A stretch of DNA of 64,000 bases from Minutocellus sp. GHC0000111. Lineage: Eukaryota. The notes under the pieces are model-generated. The model saw only the letters and a list, made by a program, of their open reading frames with translations. It searched no databases and had not been told where the DNA came from. The position numbers were made by a program, and so were the translations under genes. Shown here in pieces: positions 44,208 to 55,999 of this stretch (position 1 is its first letter; each line of letters starts with the position of its first letter). Where the stretch lies: assembly GCA_977018835.1 (NCBI GenBank), contig OZ361260.1, forward strand, positions 3,286,001-3,350,000. Direction: 5' to 3'.

Positions 44208-44658
44208 TCACTGCATGGCATCGAGGGCGGCCTGAGAATAGGCGCGCTCCATGTCCTCTTTTGACAATGCCTGCGAAAGCATCGAGAGCCTGGCGTGCTT
44301 TGAACCACCTTGACTACATGTGCCTTGTGTTGCAGGCTTGTTCTGCTCGTCGAGGATAGCTTGGATGTGCCTCTTGTTGTTGGACATTCGTGCCTGGAAG
44401 GTAGCCGGCGTCTTGAGATGTTCTAGGCCTCGGGCGCAAAGCACATCGCCGTCGATGACGGGTAAGCTCTGATGCTGCTGGTGGTGGAGGCGGCGCATAA
44501 TAGCTACAGTCCTCTGAAGATTGGACATGATTCTGCCCCTATCATCTTCGGAGAACCACTTCATTTCAATTTCCGATGACGACATGCTGTTGAGGCTTTG
44601 AACGGGGATGCATGGAGACAGAAGCGGTGTTGTTGCACATGTAAGAAGGTGTCGCCAT
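44208..44658 (-). CDS. Diatom-expanded small protein of the W..../C.RGLE/ILDEQ family (5' part frameshifted)
   Basis: EIEMKWFSEDD...LCARGLEHLK...HIQAILDEQ...LSQALS...A..DA; paralogous to 46337..46819. Confidence 0.7.
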
Positions 44659-45057
44659 GGGACTGTGGAAGGGAGCCAGACTACCGATACCGGTGCAACA
44701 CATGTTCGAGATCGTAGGGTTTGTGAACGCGAATCTCGTGTTTTATTTGTGGAGTTTTGTTCTGCATGCTGATGCTTGGGTGACCTTTTCGAGAAGATGA
44801 GGCCAATGACACTAGTAAGAGGAAGTGGGATGACAAAAAGTGATCAATTCGGCGAAGTTTTCCGTGGATCTATCTCTATAAAAAGCCTGAGCACGCGTTG
44901 AATGCGTGTGCAGTGCTGATGCGGTGGCACTAGTGGCTAACGCACACTCAGGGGGTGGGTTCCCATCTGTGCGCAGAAAAGCGAGCCTTGTTTCGGCACA
45001 CGTAAAAAGGCTGAGTGAAGAGTTTTGCGCAACAGCAGATGGCCCGGGCGCCCCGAT

Positions 45058-45262
45058 GAGATTAATGCGATCAGAAAATCACTTTATAAAGAAAAAAGCA
45101 TGTCAAGGGTCGGTTGGTTGGAGGAAGGAGCTCTGACTTCTTCAGTTAGGAGCAAGCAGTGAGATTAAGCGATCAGAAAATTGTTTTTAAAGAAAAGCGT
45201 GTCAAGGGTTGTTGTTGGTTGGAGGAAGGAGCTCTGACTTCAGTTAGGAGGAGTGAGCAGGT
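45058..45262. repeat. Imperfect ~103-bp tandem duplication
   Basis: GAGATTAA(T)GCGATCAGAAAAT...TGTCAAGGGT...GTTGGTTGGAGGAAGGAGCTCTGACTTC...AGTTAGGAG starts at 45058 and again at 45161. Confidence 0.9.
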
Positions 45263-45865
45263 GTGCAGAGACAAGGTCGGTCTCACAATTCTGCCAAGAG
45301 CTAACCTTGATTGAGAGCAAGCCGCCAAGTTACAGGCTCACTTTTGATTGCCCCACTTCACAGTGTGCTCAAGCAGTCACCACACTAGCCTTGTGGGCCT
45401 GTGTCTGCAACACACTTTTGTTCACATGTGCGTGCCTCACACACTCTGTGGAGATGAGGTGGTCTCTGGCTTCTCTGCTTGGTTGTTGGGAAAAAAATGC
45501 ACACTGCACTTCGTGCTAGTCTGTTTGTGTGTCTCTTCTTGTGTGTTTGAAGTGTTGTCTTTTTTCTTTGGCGCGACTAGGGAGGACAAGAGAGGCCAGC
45601 AGCAAGTTGCGCGCGCGAGCGAGCCGACGAGAAAATTCGCAGCAAGCCGCGAAGGCGAGCACAACGTGCGCATGCCTGCAAAATAATTGTGTTGCTGTCA
45701 ACATGGGAAAAAGCACGCCTCGCCAAAATCGACTGACATGTGAATGTTCGTCGACCTATAAAATTATAACTAAAAAAAACACACTACCTCTTGTTGCTAG
45801 ATTGGCCACGCCCACCCTCCAAGTGGCGACGTGCTAGTGGCATGCCTTAGAGGGCGCCCGGGCCC

Positions 45866-46080
45866 ATCTGCTGACGTCAACCATACGTAAAACGTCGAAT
45901 GAATCGGCGAAGAAGGTCGATTCTGTCGTGAATTTTTCTATCTGCTGACGTCAGTTTCCCGGTTTCCCGTTTCAATGCCGCTTTTTGGTCGATTTCAACT
46001 TGAAGGAATCTGATCATTAGACGTCATACCCATTGACTTTCCATATAAGATATTCGAATGTGCCCGTTTTATGACGTCAT
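45866..46080. promoter_or_regulatory. Cluster of TGACGTCA (CRE/bZIP; aureochrome-type TGACGT core) motifs
   Basis: TGACGTCA at 45872, 45946 and 46072 and GACGTCA at 46020; the first two share ATCTGCTGACGTCA. They lie 260-470 bp upstream of 46337. Confidence 0.55.
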
Positions 46081-46336
46081 ATCATCGAGAAACTGCCCCC
46101 CGCCCCAAGCCCGCGGGAAGCAGAAACAGCTGCCCCACAATTTTTGTGCACGCACACGATTTGTTCAGCATGCACAATGCTACTGACTCAATGCGTTTAG
46201 GCCTGCCTATCCCACAACATAACACAAGCATTCAAAGCAGGCCAGATTGCAGAGCTACATCCCGCAAACATAAACTTCTTGAGCTGCCTACATATCCCGC
46301 AAACACAAAAGAAGTCTTCCAACTACAGCCCTCTAC

Positions 46337-46819
46337 ATGCCATCCAACATGAGCACCAGCACCATCACCGCCGCCACATCCAAGAAGCAGAGACCATCAG
46401 TGAGCTTCGCCGAGCGAACTCGCATCTACCTCGTCGAACGCCTATCTGACTTCTCCGACGCCGAGATTGATGCAGTCTGGATCACGCCGGAAGAAAACAA
46501 GGCAAGTCTCGCCGATGTTGCCAAGAACGTCCAAGCCATGCGAAGGAACGCCACTGAAGACCACTCCCACGGCCTCTGCTTCCGTGGTCTCGAATCACTG
46601 AAAAGCGCTTCCATAGTCCAGGCAACGAAAATCAACAAAGAGAAACACGTCGACGCCATTCTCGACGAACAAGACCGGCAGTGGAAAGACGCTGAAATCA
46701 GCCACGACAAAATTGCCAAGCTATCACAGAGCTCATCCGAACAGGCGAGGCAAAATGCCGTCGCCAAAGGTCTTCACGACAGCATTGTTGCCACTGTTGC
46801 AGCAATCGATGCAAAATAA
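46337..46819 (+). CDS. Diatom-expanded small protein of the VSF/W/C.RGLE/ILDEQ family
   Basis: SVSFAE...EIDAVWITPEE...LCFRGLESL...HVDAILDEQDRQ...IAKLSQSSS...A...G..D. Confidence 0.8.
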   Translation: MPSNMSTSTITAATSKKQRPSVSFAERTRIYLVERLSDFSDAEIDAVWITPEENKASLADVAKNVQAMRRNATEDHSHGLCFRGLESLKSASIVQATKINKEKHVDAILDEQDRQWKDAEISHDKIAKLSQSSSEQARQNAVAKGLHDSIVATVAAIDAK

Positions 46820-47855
46820 ATTGTCTAATACGCATATTTTGCACATTTTTATATCAGCAAAGGCTGCCTTGCGTACATGTACAATAAATTAATCGAAAAG
46901 ATCAATTGAACTCTCGCGCTATACATAACATACATATTACAAATCAGCAAAGAATGTCATACATGTAGCTACATGCACTCTAACATACATATAACGTAAT
47001 TCAATCAACAGTTACGTAGAATATAATTGCACAGACAAATATCTTTCGAATTGATACAGTCCAAACCAGCTGGCCGGCGAATATGGAGAAATTTTTGGAA
47101 TTGGAACCTGCTCGGTTTTGGGAGATCTCGAACGTCAGCCCAAAACCGCCGCCAACATCAAGGAACAACACCGGCCCTACTGTGCAGGAATTGACGATGC
47201 GCGAATTATCTCGGCCTGCCGTGCTTATCACCGCTGAAGTATGCCACACTTTTGTTGCAGTTGCAAATTTCGCCATGGCCCAACCTTCACCCAGTGCTTT
47301 CTTGTTCAAACCAACGATGTCTTCATCACAGCGCCGTTTACTGCTAATGATGTCAAAGTAGCCGTTGACGATTTGCCTTCCCCTTCACGTTAGAGCGTCG
47401 AATGTACTATCATGCCCCCAATAACAAGTGCTCTTACAAAAGCCACAGTGTCATCTGAAATAGAAATATATTGGTAGAGGAAGACACAGAAGTGTCCGTG
47501 TGCCAAAGAGACGCACCAGGAGCAGAACAACCAGACCAAACCTCACAGCTATCTTCGAAGGCTTCGTACTAGCCAATAATACTGATGCTAGGAGAGATTG
47601 AGACTTGTGGTGTTCTGATTGCTTTACAACATTTTGTATTTATTTGTTAATATATGAAAATATGATGACTGTCCATACTAATGCAAACACAGATGCTATT
47701 TTCGGACAGAGTTCTACCATGAAGCCCTGGTTCTACCAAGTAACTTGGTATTAGCTACACTCAGCTGGACGACACCGCCACACAGATACAAGATGTTGAA
47801 ATAAATCATACAGCGCAGCGCCCAAAGTTCCTCCACTAGCTACTAGTCGAACTAG

Positions 47856-50800
47856 TTAATCGAATCTAGTCTTTCGGCTCGGTACCATTGGTTTGTACTC
47901 ACTCACATCGACCTCGCTAAAACGAATGTCGGCATGGGTCTTCAATAGTCTTTGGAGGTATCGCTGGCGTTCCATACTGGCCCAAAAGGGGATCTTATCA
48001 AATTCAAAAAAGGGGACGCGAACGACTGTCCAGCCTTGACGTTTGAGCATCCTATACTTGAGAACGGTATGGCCAAGAGCCCGTGGTTTAAGGCACCCTA
48101 CAGAGCGTGTGAAATGATTTGGTCCATCAAATTCAACTGCAACTTTGTGGTGTGACTCTCTGTGATCTCCACGTTCGGCCGTATGGGTCCAGGAACTTTC
48201 ATCTTTCAGAATAATGGCAACGTCAATGTCTTCGTCGTGCTCATTGAAGTGCGCAACACCCATTAGATCCAACGTTTGGCTCAAAGATTTGTGCCGAGCG
48301 CTGCTCGTCTTTTGCCTCGATTTCTCTTTATTCCAAGTACGTTCAAGATAGTCACGAAAGCCCGGGGTAACATCGGAAACAGCGCTGGGATAAGTCTTCT
48401 TTCGCCAGATAATAAGATTGCCAAAGTTGATGCGCATTTTCCAGTCGTATGAAGGCACCTGATCTATACGATGAAGTTGCCGAGAGAAAGATGTGACGCA
48501 GAAGTTCTTCTGCGTCCTCGGAGGAGATATCTTGAAGAACGGTGAGGGACCATGCGATATTGGCTTGCTCTTGAGGGCCTAGTCCGACGGAGTCAAGTGA
48601 CACAAGTCATTCCCGCGGTCCGAAGAGCACTCGACCCTCCGAAGAATTGTTTTCGGGACAGCTTCTGCAAAGATACGAAAGACATCGTCTTCCTTTGAGG
48701 TGAGGTATAGATTGGCCTGAACCCAAAGCATTATTGATAGCTCCCATGCCTGCCATCGACGTTGCCTCTTTCGGTCCCCTCGTGCATGGCGAACATTACC
48801 ACCCGTCTTCTTGTCATTTACTTCGCCGCTAGATCTATCCTCCATATCCTCACTGACAAGTATGATGTGAAGCGCTTCGTTGTAAATTTCAGAGAGTAAG
48901 CTAACATCATCGATTCGTCCGTGAGAGAGTGCGACAGAAAGCTGCACGAGGTCAGCGGGCTGCCAGTTCTCAAAGGGGCGACGATGGGCGTCGTAGTGCT
49001 TGTCTACACCAAGACCGATCCAATGGCGGTTGATTGCACCAACCAATTCTACTAGCGAGTCGCCCATGCGATGATTGTCCGATTGCAAAACAGCCACAGC
49101 CCAAGCTAGTTGTGAGACGTCCCGGGGTAGAAATCGTGACGTGCGATCATTGTTGTCACCAACCTTTCTCCAACCATTCTTCTGCACACCATAGTTGCCA
49201 TTGCTGCCATTGGCTCTCCGGCCGTCGTTGGAGGCGCCTCTAGGAGTTTTATCGAGGCGTTTACTGGCTTCTTGGACTGCCGCATCAATCAAGTATTCGG
49301 TCGACTTGGAATCAAAATGCTCTCGATTTGCGTAAGACCAGACAATTGTTGACAAATCTTTCCAAGGGCACTGTTGTAACATTGTTGTCATTTCGTGATC
49401 AGTGCTGTGGCTCTCCTCAACGTCGGCTACTTCCCGTCCGAGCCATTTACGTGAGGTCTACGCTCTTTGCACAAGACATTGGAGACGGCGTCGAATAGAT
49501 CGTCCACAATGATATCTGACCGAGATTGTGCTCTCTTTTGCTCTCGATGGCTGACGGTAGATGTGTCTATCTCATCCAATCTCTCAAATATCACCACATC
49601 GTCCATGGGACCATCAAAAATACTATCCGCTCGAGCCTTGACCGCATCAGCCCCTCCGGAGATATCATTTCCCGGGGCACCTCCGATCGCCGCGGCACTC
49701 ACAAGGGCCGTGGCAACATCGCTGTTATTAGAGCCACTGTCACTGGCACCGGCATCGTCAGGCACCCGGCCAACCCTCGGTGGTAGCTCCCATCCCGGTG
49801 GGACCTCGCGCGGCCGCGTCGACGCGTACGCCCAGCACGCCATGGTAAGCTCCCCAACCTTGACGACGTTGTCTTCGCTCTCACCACCACCACCCTCCTC
49901 CTCCTCCTCCTGCCGATCCAAAACGCTGGTAAGCCGAAGGGCAATCTCGTCCATGGTTTGGGCCAGCTCTTCCTGTAGTTTTCTGTCGTTCTCCTTGCCG
50001 GGGTCATTGCTACCGTCACCGCTGCTTCCGTTGTCAACGTCGTCGCCAATATTCCATCGCTCTCGCATCCCAAGCTCAATGCCGGCACCGTGACCCGGGA
50101 GGATGGAATCATCGTAGGCATGATGCTTGCCAACGGCCCAGGCCGAGTTGCAAAGCTGTCGGGGGCTGAGCAGATCGGCCTCGACTAGCCGGCCCAGTAT
50201 CGCAAATACCTCGTTGCGCAGTGTGCGGAACTGTTGTGCCAGAGGATCCTCTTCCTTACCGTTTTTGGTAACTCTGGCCACGGTGGGAAGTTTCGATACC
50301 ACTTGGCGCTGAGCGTGAGGGAGCACACCAGATTGGCCGCGTTGCACTGCTCCGGCGGAGTTTCGAGGAGCGTCGTCAGGACGTCGACGGCCAGCTGCAT
50401 CGGCGGCACCCTCTGTCTCGTTGGATCGCCTCGGCCCCTCCCTCTTCCTTGGCCTCGGCCCGTGCCTCTTCCCCTGCCGCCGCGGCCCTGACCACGCCCA
50501 CGCCCGCGGCCGCGGCCGCGGCCACGCCCTCCGCTGATATTTCTATTGTTGCCGTTGCCGTTGCCGTTGCGGTTGTTGCGATCGTCCTGGCCACCGGCCG
50601 CCTTGATGCGGCGCTGGGTGGCCATGGACGTTCGATAGTCTGCCTCCCAGGCCTTGTTGTTGCTTGGTCTGGTAGATCTACTGGCACTGGTACTGGCATT
50701 TGTTGATGACGGCGTCGCAGTTTGCAAAGCACCGGATTGCTGTTCCGTGTTTTCTGCTGCAGCTGATAATATTCTACTGCGATGGTGACGCCTGTTGCGA

Positions 50801-51027
50801 TTCAATGTCGTTGTTGAAGTTACGCAAGACGACGAAATGCAGGAAGTTGCTGATGTGCCACCACCCGCTGCGAGAAGACCAAAGCGAGTGTACGGAGAAG
50901 ATACCGCCGGCAATGCCAAGGGCGGGGGGGAGAATGCCTCCGCACAGCCAATAGGTGCATTGTTGTAGGATGATCGACGCTCCGCCGCCAGCAGGACGAC
51001 GCTCAACGCTACGGTGCCGATCCTCAT
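47856..51027 (-). CDS. Plastid-targeted helical-repeat RNA-binding protein with C-terminal RAP domain (several frameshifts in this sequence)
   Basis: Presequence CAEAFSP; GR-rich tract; OPR/FAST-like repeats (SPRQLCNSAWA, WKDLSTIVWSYA, PRDVSQLAWA, PQEQANIAWSL); RAP motif AVEFDGPNHF...LKYRMLKRQGWTVVRVPFFEF. Spread over five overlapping ORFs. Confidence 0.85.
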
Positions 51028-51443
51028 GGTTGCTCTCGTCGGCCGTCAACTTCGTGCGTTTTTCGACAAGCAAAATGAAGAAGGCGCGAAATGCCTGCAA
51101 GCCTGGTCGCATGATCAACGTATCTTTCATCAAACCTCAAGCAGTCGTGCGTTGCAAGCAAGGTTGCAGGCGAGTTGCCTTTTCTTTATTTGAGGGCAGA
51201 CTTTTCCTTATTCAAAATCATTGGGTGTCAAGCCAGAGAACCGGAATCGGAAGCGACGTTTCCACCAGAGAGTTTGCTGGGACGGACACAAAGATGCTAA
51301 CAACGATGACGAGCAACCCGTGCCCCTCCTGTCACAGCCAGGCGCCTCCGCCCTGCCCTCAATCCCCATCTACGGATAGCGGCTATTATTCGGCTTCCAC
51401 TATTAGACATTGCAGCTCCGGAAGGATACGATCATTCCACGAC

Positions 51444-52652
51444 ATGTCAACACAACAACGGCAGCGCCACCCGAACCGCGGGAAAAAGCATTCTTTTTTC
51501 CATCATCCTCAAGTGATGGCGGTGGTCGTGATGTGCTCGTTTCTTCTCTACCATGTCCCATTCCTTTCGTCCTCGCCAGCATTGGTTTCAGCATTTGTCC
51601 TAGAAAGGATACGGCCGGCTGCTACACGTACGAATCATCGTCACAATATCCGCAGAAACAACGAGAACTCGCTCGTGCTGCCTTCGACCGTCGTCCCATC
51701 GCCAGATCAGGCACAGTCGCCCCTATCAGCACCGCCACAACTCGACAACGGCGGAGACATCGAGGTGGACCCGTCCAACCTCCCCTCCATAGCCCGCCGC
51801 ATCCTCCACCACACGCGCAATTTGGACGATCTGTACGACAAATCCTCCAAGCTGCGTTGTCCCTTCCTCCGACGACGGGCGGCCGACGCCATCGACGGAA
51901 TGGCCATGGTCCTGCGCTTCCTGGTCATACGGCACAAGTCGCTGGGAATCTTTGACCCGCTCAAGACCCTCCCCTTTTTGGACGATGACGGCGTCGACGG
52001 CGGCAGCAGCAGCGGTGGCCGTCGCGGTAGCAGCGGCGAGCAGCTCCTCCAGTCCACCGTACGACCGCCGGGGTGGAAGGCCGTGGGCAAACACGTGCGG
52101 AAAAACGCCGACGGGACCGTGTGCAAGAACCGCAACCTGCCCCTGTTCACCATCGCCCAAACCATCGAGAGGGACTGGCTGTGCGGACCCCAGCAGGCCA
52201 AGGGATACTACCTGACGGGACGGCTCAATTCCTCCATCTACCGCGACGACTGTCTGTTCGATGGGCCGGATCCCGACATGCCCGTCAAGGGGCTGCGGAA
52301 GTACCTGAGCGCGGCGTCGCACCTGTTCGAGAGGGAGAGCAGCTTCGCCCAGCTCCTCGATCTGCGGGCCGAGGAGGGGGGAGGTCGGCTGGGATGGGGC
52401 GCCGTCGTCGTTCGGTGGAGGCTGGGCGGGACGCTCATGCTGCCCTGGAGGCCGGCGGTCCGGCCTTGGACGGGAACGACGACGTACCATCTCGACGAGG
52501 AGGGCCTCGTCTACCTTCACGAGGAGGAGTGGGACGTCACCGTCCTGGAGGCGTTCGTCTGCACCGTCTTTCCCAAGCTTGGTGAGAGGATGTGGCCGAG
52601 GGCGGCGGCGGCGGATACGGCAACGTCCGTGCAGTTGGAGAGAAATGAGTGA
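51444..52652 (+). CDS. DUF2358 (SnoaL/NTF2-like) protein, probably plastid-targeted
   Basis: VSAFVLE presequence; GYYLTGRLNSSIYRDDCLFDGPDP, WRLGGTLMLPWRP and GTTTYHLDEEGLVYLHEEEWD. Confidence 0.85.
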   Translation: MSTQQRQRHPNRGKKHSFFHHPQVMAVVVMCSFLLYHVPFLSSSPALVSAFVLERIRPAATRTNHRHNIRRNNENSLVLPSTVVPSPDQAQSPLSAPPQLDNGGDIEVDPSNLPSIARRILHHTRNLDDLYDKSSKLRCPFLRRRAADAIDGMAMVLRFLVIRHKSLGIFDPLKTLPFLDDDGVDGGSSSGGRRGSSGEQLLQSTVRPPGWKAVGKHVRKNADGTVCKNRNLPLFTIAQTIERDWLCGPQQAKGYYLTGRLNSSIYRDDCLFDGPDPDMPVKGLRKYLSAASHLFERESSFAQLLDLRAEEGGGRLGWGAVVVRWRLGGTLMLPWRPAVRPWTGTTTYHLDEEGLVYLHEEEWDVTVLEAFVCTVFPKLGERMWPRAAAADTATSVQLERNE

Positions 52653-52820
52653 TGATTGTTATGGATTATTGAGCCCAGTACGCGCGCGCTAAAAATAGGC
52701 ATGTGTATTACATGTATTTCTGTGTCTGACATGCCGCACGGCAACATGTACATGTATTTTTGAAACTTGCAATGAAAGGTAAGCAAAATTCACCACATCA
52801 AGCTACTGTGTTGCGACATA

Positions 52821-53663
52821 GAGAAATGTTTTGCTCCTGGAAATTTCGCAGAAGTTGGCTAAGGGTCGCCGATTAGAGGGTGCCCCCCCCCAGCACCCCC
52901 CAATTTTCGAGCTCGGAGGCCAAAAGGATCCGGAGGTGTTGACCATCGAAGACGTGACTGAGGCCAGGATTTGCTGGCTGACCAGGTCAGTTGAAGCAGA
53001 CACACACACGCTTTGTCAGAACTGATGAGTGAGAGTCAGCGATGGCGATTCATCTCGTTCTCGGCTTTTGCCGCCTGTGAAACATCGCGCGCATGTGCTC
53101 GTTTCTCATCGATGTCGAGCTCCGTTAGCGAAAAAGCCTTTCTCTGCTCTCTCTTTTCGCGCGTGCGTCACGACACCTGTGCTGCCTTGACACCTTAGTG
53201 TCCTTCGCAGACTCCACGTTGCTAGCAGTGCGTCCTGCACAGAAGAGCTCGTGTTCACACAGAGCCGACACGCACACTTCCCAGAAAAAATGGACGAGTG
53301 TCGGTTCGGTCTTTCCATGCGTCGTCCGACAATGAGAGAGCGAAGTTAGTGAAAATCCGAATGTTGCTGAGTGGCTCACCTAAAATGGGACCAACTCAAG
53401 GAGGAGCTGCTGATCTGTTTTTTTTGTTTCACTCAACTAACTGACGACTTCAACTGCAACAACGGGCGAAAAGCAACTAACGCAATTTAAACATGCATGT
53501 GACACTAAAGTGCTGTCATGAAACCAACCACCAAAATGCTGCACCCGGGACCGAGTTTTTCTTGTGTGCTTTGTGGCCTGACTCATTGCCCTGTCCCGCT
53601 TGGTCGTCGTGCCGTGGTCGTGAAGAAAACCTGCGCATGCAAGAAGAAGAGCCAGACTTGGCA
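52821..53663. repeat. TpA-purged degenerate tract, probably a decayed mobile element
   Basis: About 840 bp with no TAC/TAT/ATA/GTA; the 11 TpA sites I counted are all YTAR; CA/TG-rich; no credible ORF. Confidence 0.55.
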
Positions 53664-53690
53664 ATAAAAGTCACATTTTAACCCATATGT

Positions 53691-53760
53691 CAGAGTTTCA
53701 TGTTTCATGTTTGTCCTACTAACTACAGAGTTTCATGTTTCATGTTTGTCCTACTAGCTA
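53691..53760. repeat. 35-bp tandem duplication
   Basis: CAGAGTTTCATGTTTCATGTTTGTCCTACTA(A/G)CTA twice. Confidence 0.9.
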
Positions 53761-54536
53761 CTAGTAGTGTCAGAACAATGGGGTCTCGAAAATGTCTCAT
53801 TTCTGCCAAGCATCGCATTTTGTTGTCCCACCTTTCTGCATCATCATGACGACACGTCTGGAGAAAGAACTTCAAGTTACTGTAATGGCATAAATGTTTG
53901 TGTCAATAAATGTGTATTTCCTTTTTGGAAGGCAACATCTCGTGAGTTTCTTGCTTCTCGTTCTTCAATGTTTCATCTCCTCCCCAGTGTGGCTCCCGCC
54001 GGCCGTTTCTCAACTCTCTCTCAGGCCTCAAGTCACACAACTGCACAGTAGCACAGTAGCGGAGTTCATTTTTAACATTTGCTCAAGGTGAGCACGATGG
54101 CCAAGCTCTTGCAAGCGGAGTACATATGTTCGCTGGGCTAGGGGACACACGCCGTTGCATCTGTGGAGGAGCCCGGTCCCTTTCGCGAATGGAAAGTTTC
54201 CTTTTCTTTTTATTCAGCACATGAAAGCAACTTGGTAGAATTTGGTGATCGAGGCAGTTGTGGGGACAAAATCGCAGTTCATCTTCAACTGCCCCGGGAG
54301 AAGAAGAAGAATATTCGATTAGCTGTTGCATTTCACACCTTAGCATACTGCTGCCTTTGATGATCTGATCTCATCATTTGGCTTCGTCTCCTCTTTTATT
54401 ATCTTCGACTTTTCCTCATAGGCATCGATCTCAACGTCGCTCGTTGGCCCTCCGCACAGAACAAACTTCGCGAGGTCTTTTCCCATACACAATTAAACAC
54501 CACCACCACTTCCTCCCAGTAATAATACCACACACC

Positions 54537-55841
54537 ATGCCCGGATCTCCTGCGCTCAAGAAGCGATGTCGCAAAGACGAGTCGCTCAGTGCTCAAGAGT
54601 CGGTCATCGAAGCAGCGAGTGCCTTGGCAGTTTTGGCACAATCTCCTCCGGCGAGTCCTCACGCTTCCGGTTCTGATGACGCGGGTGAATCGTCCGACAG
54701 CGAGGCATCGTCAGATGCCCACGAAGACGAAGCAGCAACCAAGACCGGTGCAGGCACTCCCGCCTCCTCGGTGAAGGATAAATCAACTGTATCATTCCCA
54801 GAAAAGCTCATGGAAATCCTCACCATCTTAGAATCCGAATCTTCTGACGGGACAATGTCAGATCAGCCCATTTCGTGGCTGCCCAGAGGCGATGGGTTCC
54901 TCATCAGCGACCCGAACGAATTCACCCTCAAGGTCCTCCCTCGCTTCTTCTCTCAACGCGTTGAGTTTTCGTCCTTCACCCGCAAGCTGTACTGGTGGGG
55001 ATTTCGCAAGGTAACGCGCGGGGCTGGTACCGACGCCTTCCATCATGATTGCTTCCTCAGGGCAGATCCTGCTCTTTGCCGCAAGATCAAGGGCAAGCCT
55101 AGGAGGAAGCCCGCCAAGAGCTTGAGCAGACAAGCCATTGCTCAGTCCCAGTCCAATGCACCAAGGAACGTGCCTCGGGTTCAACCACAGTCCCAATCGC
55201 AGGGGGTGTCGTCGCTTCCATCTGCCGGGACACCTATCTCTACAGGCAACGTCTTACCCGTCCACAAGAACCTCGCCTTTGGGGCCGTCGCCAGCCCCAC
55301 TGGACAGGCGAATGCAGCCGCCGCCAACCTGCTGCTCAACAATTCCTCCCCCCTCATCGCCGCCGCAGCTTTGCGCCTACAGCAGCAGCAGCAACAACAG
55401 CAGAATGGCCAAGCCGCGGCGACTCAGGCTGCCATTCAGCAACTTGTCCTGAACCACGCCTCGGTTACCAACCAAGCCCTCGCCCTAGCCACCGGTGCAC
55501 AGCAGCCGCAGCCACCGCCACAGTTTCAGCAACCGACGCAGCAGCTTAATGTTGCCGCCTATCTCGCCAGTCTTCAGCGAGGGGGTGCCCCGTTTCTTGC
55601 CCAACCCGGTATCGCCCCGGTAGCACCACAGCAGCAGATGAACATGTCCCCACCACAGCAGATCCAGGGCATGCCATTGGTCGCTGCTGCTCCCGTCCCA
55701 TCGATTCGACTACCGGTAGCAGCGGCTGCCCCTGTCGCCGCTCCTGCTCCTGGATCTCAAATTGTCATCCACGTCCATCACATGCCTGATGGTAGTGTGA
55801 GATTTACGCAGGGCTTGAGTCAACGGTTGGTTTTAATGTAA
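54537..55841 (+). CDS. Heat shock factor (HSF)-type transcription factor
   Basis: FPEKLMEIL, ISWLPRGDGFLI, VLPRFF, FSSFTRKLYWWGFRKV and FHHDCFLR, then a Q/A/P-rich activation region; N-terminal EAASALAVL motif. Confidence 0.92.
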   Translation: MPGSPALKKRCRKDESLSAQESVIEAASALAVLAQSPPASPHASGSDDAGESSDSEASSDAHEDEAATKTGAGTPASSVKDKSTVSFPEKLMEILTILESESSDGTMSDQPISWLPRGDGFLISDPNEFTLKVLPRFFSQRVEFSSFTRKLYWWGFRKVTRGAGTDAFHHDCFLRADPALCRKIKGKPRRKPAKSLSRQAIAQSQSNAPRNVPRVQPQSQSQGVSSLPSAGTPISTGNVLPVHKNLAFGAVASPTGQANAAAANLLLNNSSPLIAAAALRLQQQQQQQQNGQAAATQAAIQQLVLNHASVTNQALALATGAQQPQPPPQFQQPTQQLNVAAYLASLQRGGAPFLAQPGIAPVAPQQQMNMSPPQQIQGMPLVAAAPVPSIRLPVAAAAPVAAPAPGSQIVIHVHHMPDGSVRFTQGLSQRLVLM

Positions 55842-55999
55842 ATATATTATATGCATAAGCTGAACATATATATTCCATATATAATTCTTTTGTCTATTGG
55901 CGCTTTTCTGCGTGCCGGTGTTTCTTTTGTGTAGACGACATTTCAAATGAATCTAAGTTATACAACTTCTGGCAAGGGCAAAAAGAACCTGCAAATCCA

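Noticed and set aside
47001..47460. Short ORFs on both strands as a gene
   Set aside because: No recognisable motif or consistent frame.
47856..51027. Multiple frameshifts in RAP, GT32, RWD and RPE genes as programmed frameshifting
   Set aside because: The RPE break is one missing C in a homopolymer within a conserved enzyme; scattered single-base indels fit assembly error better.
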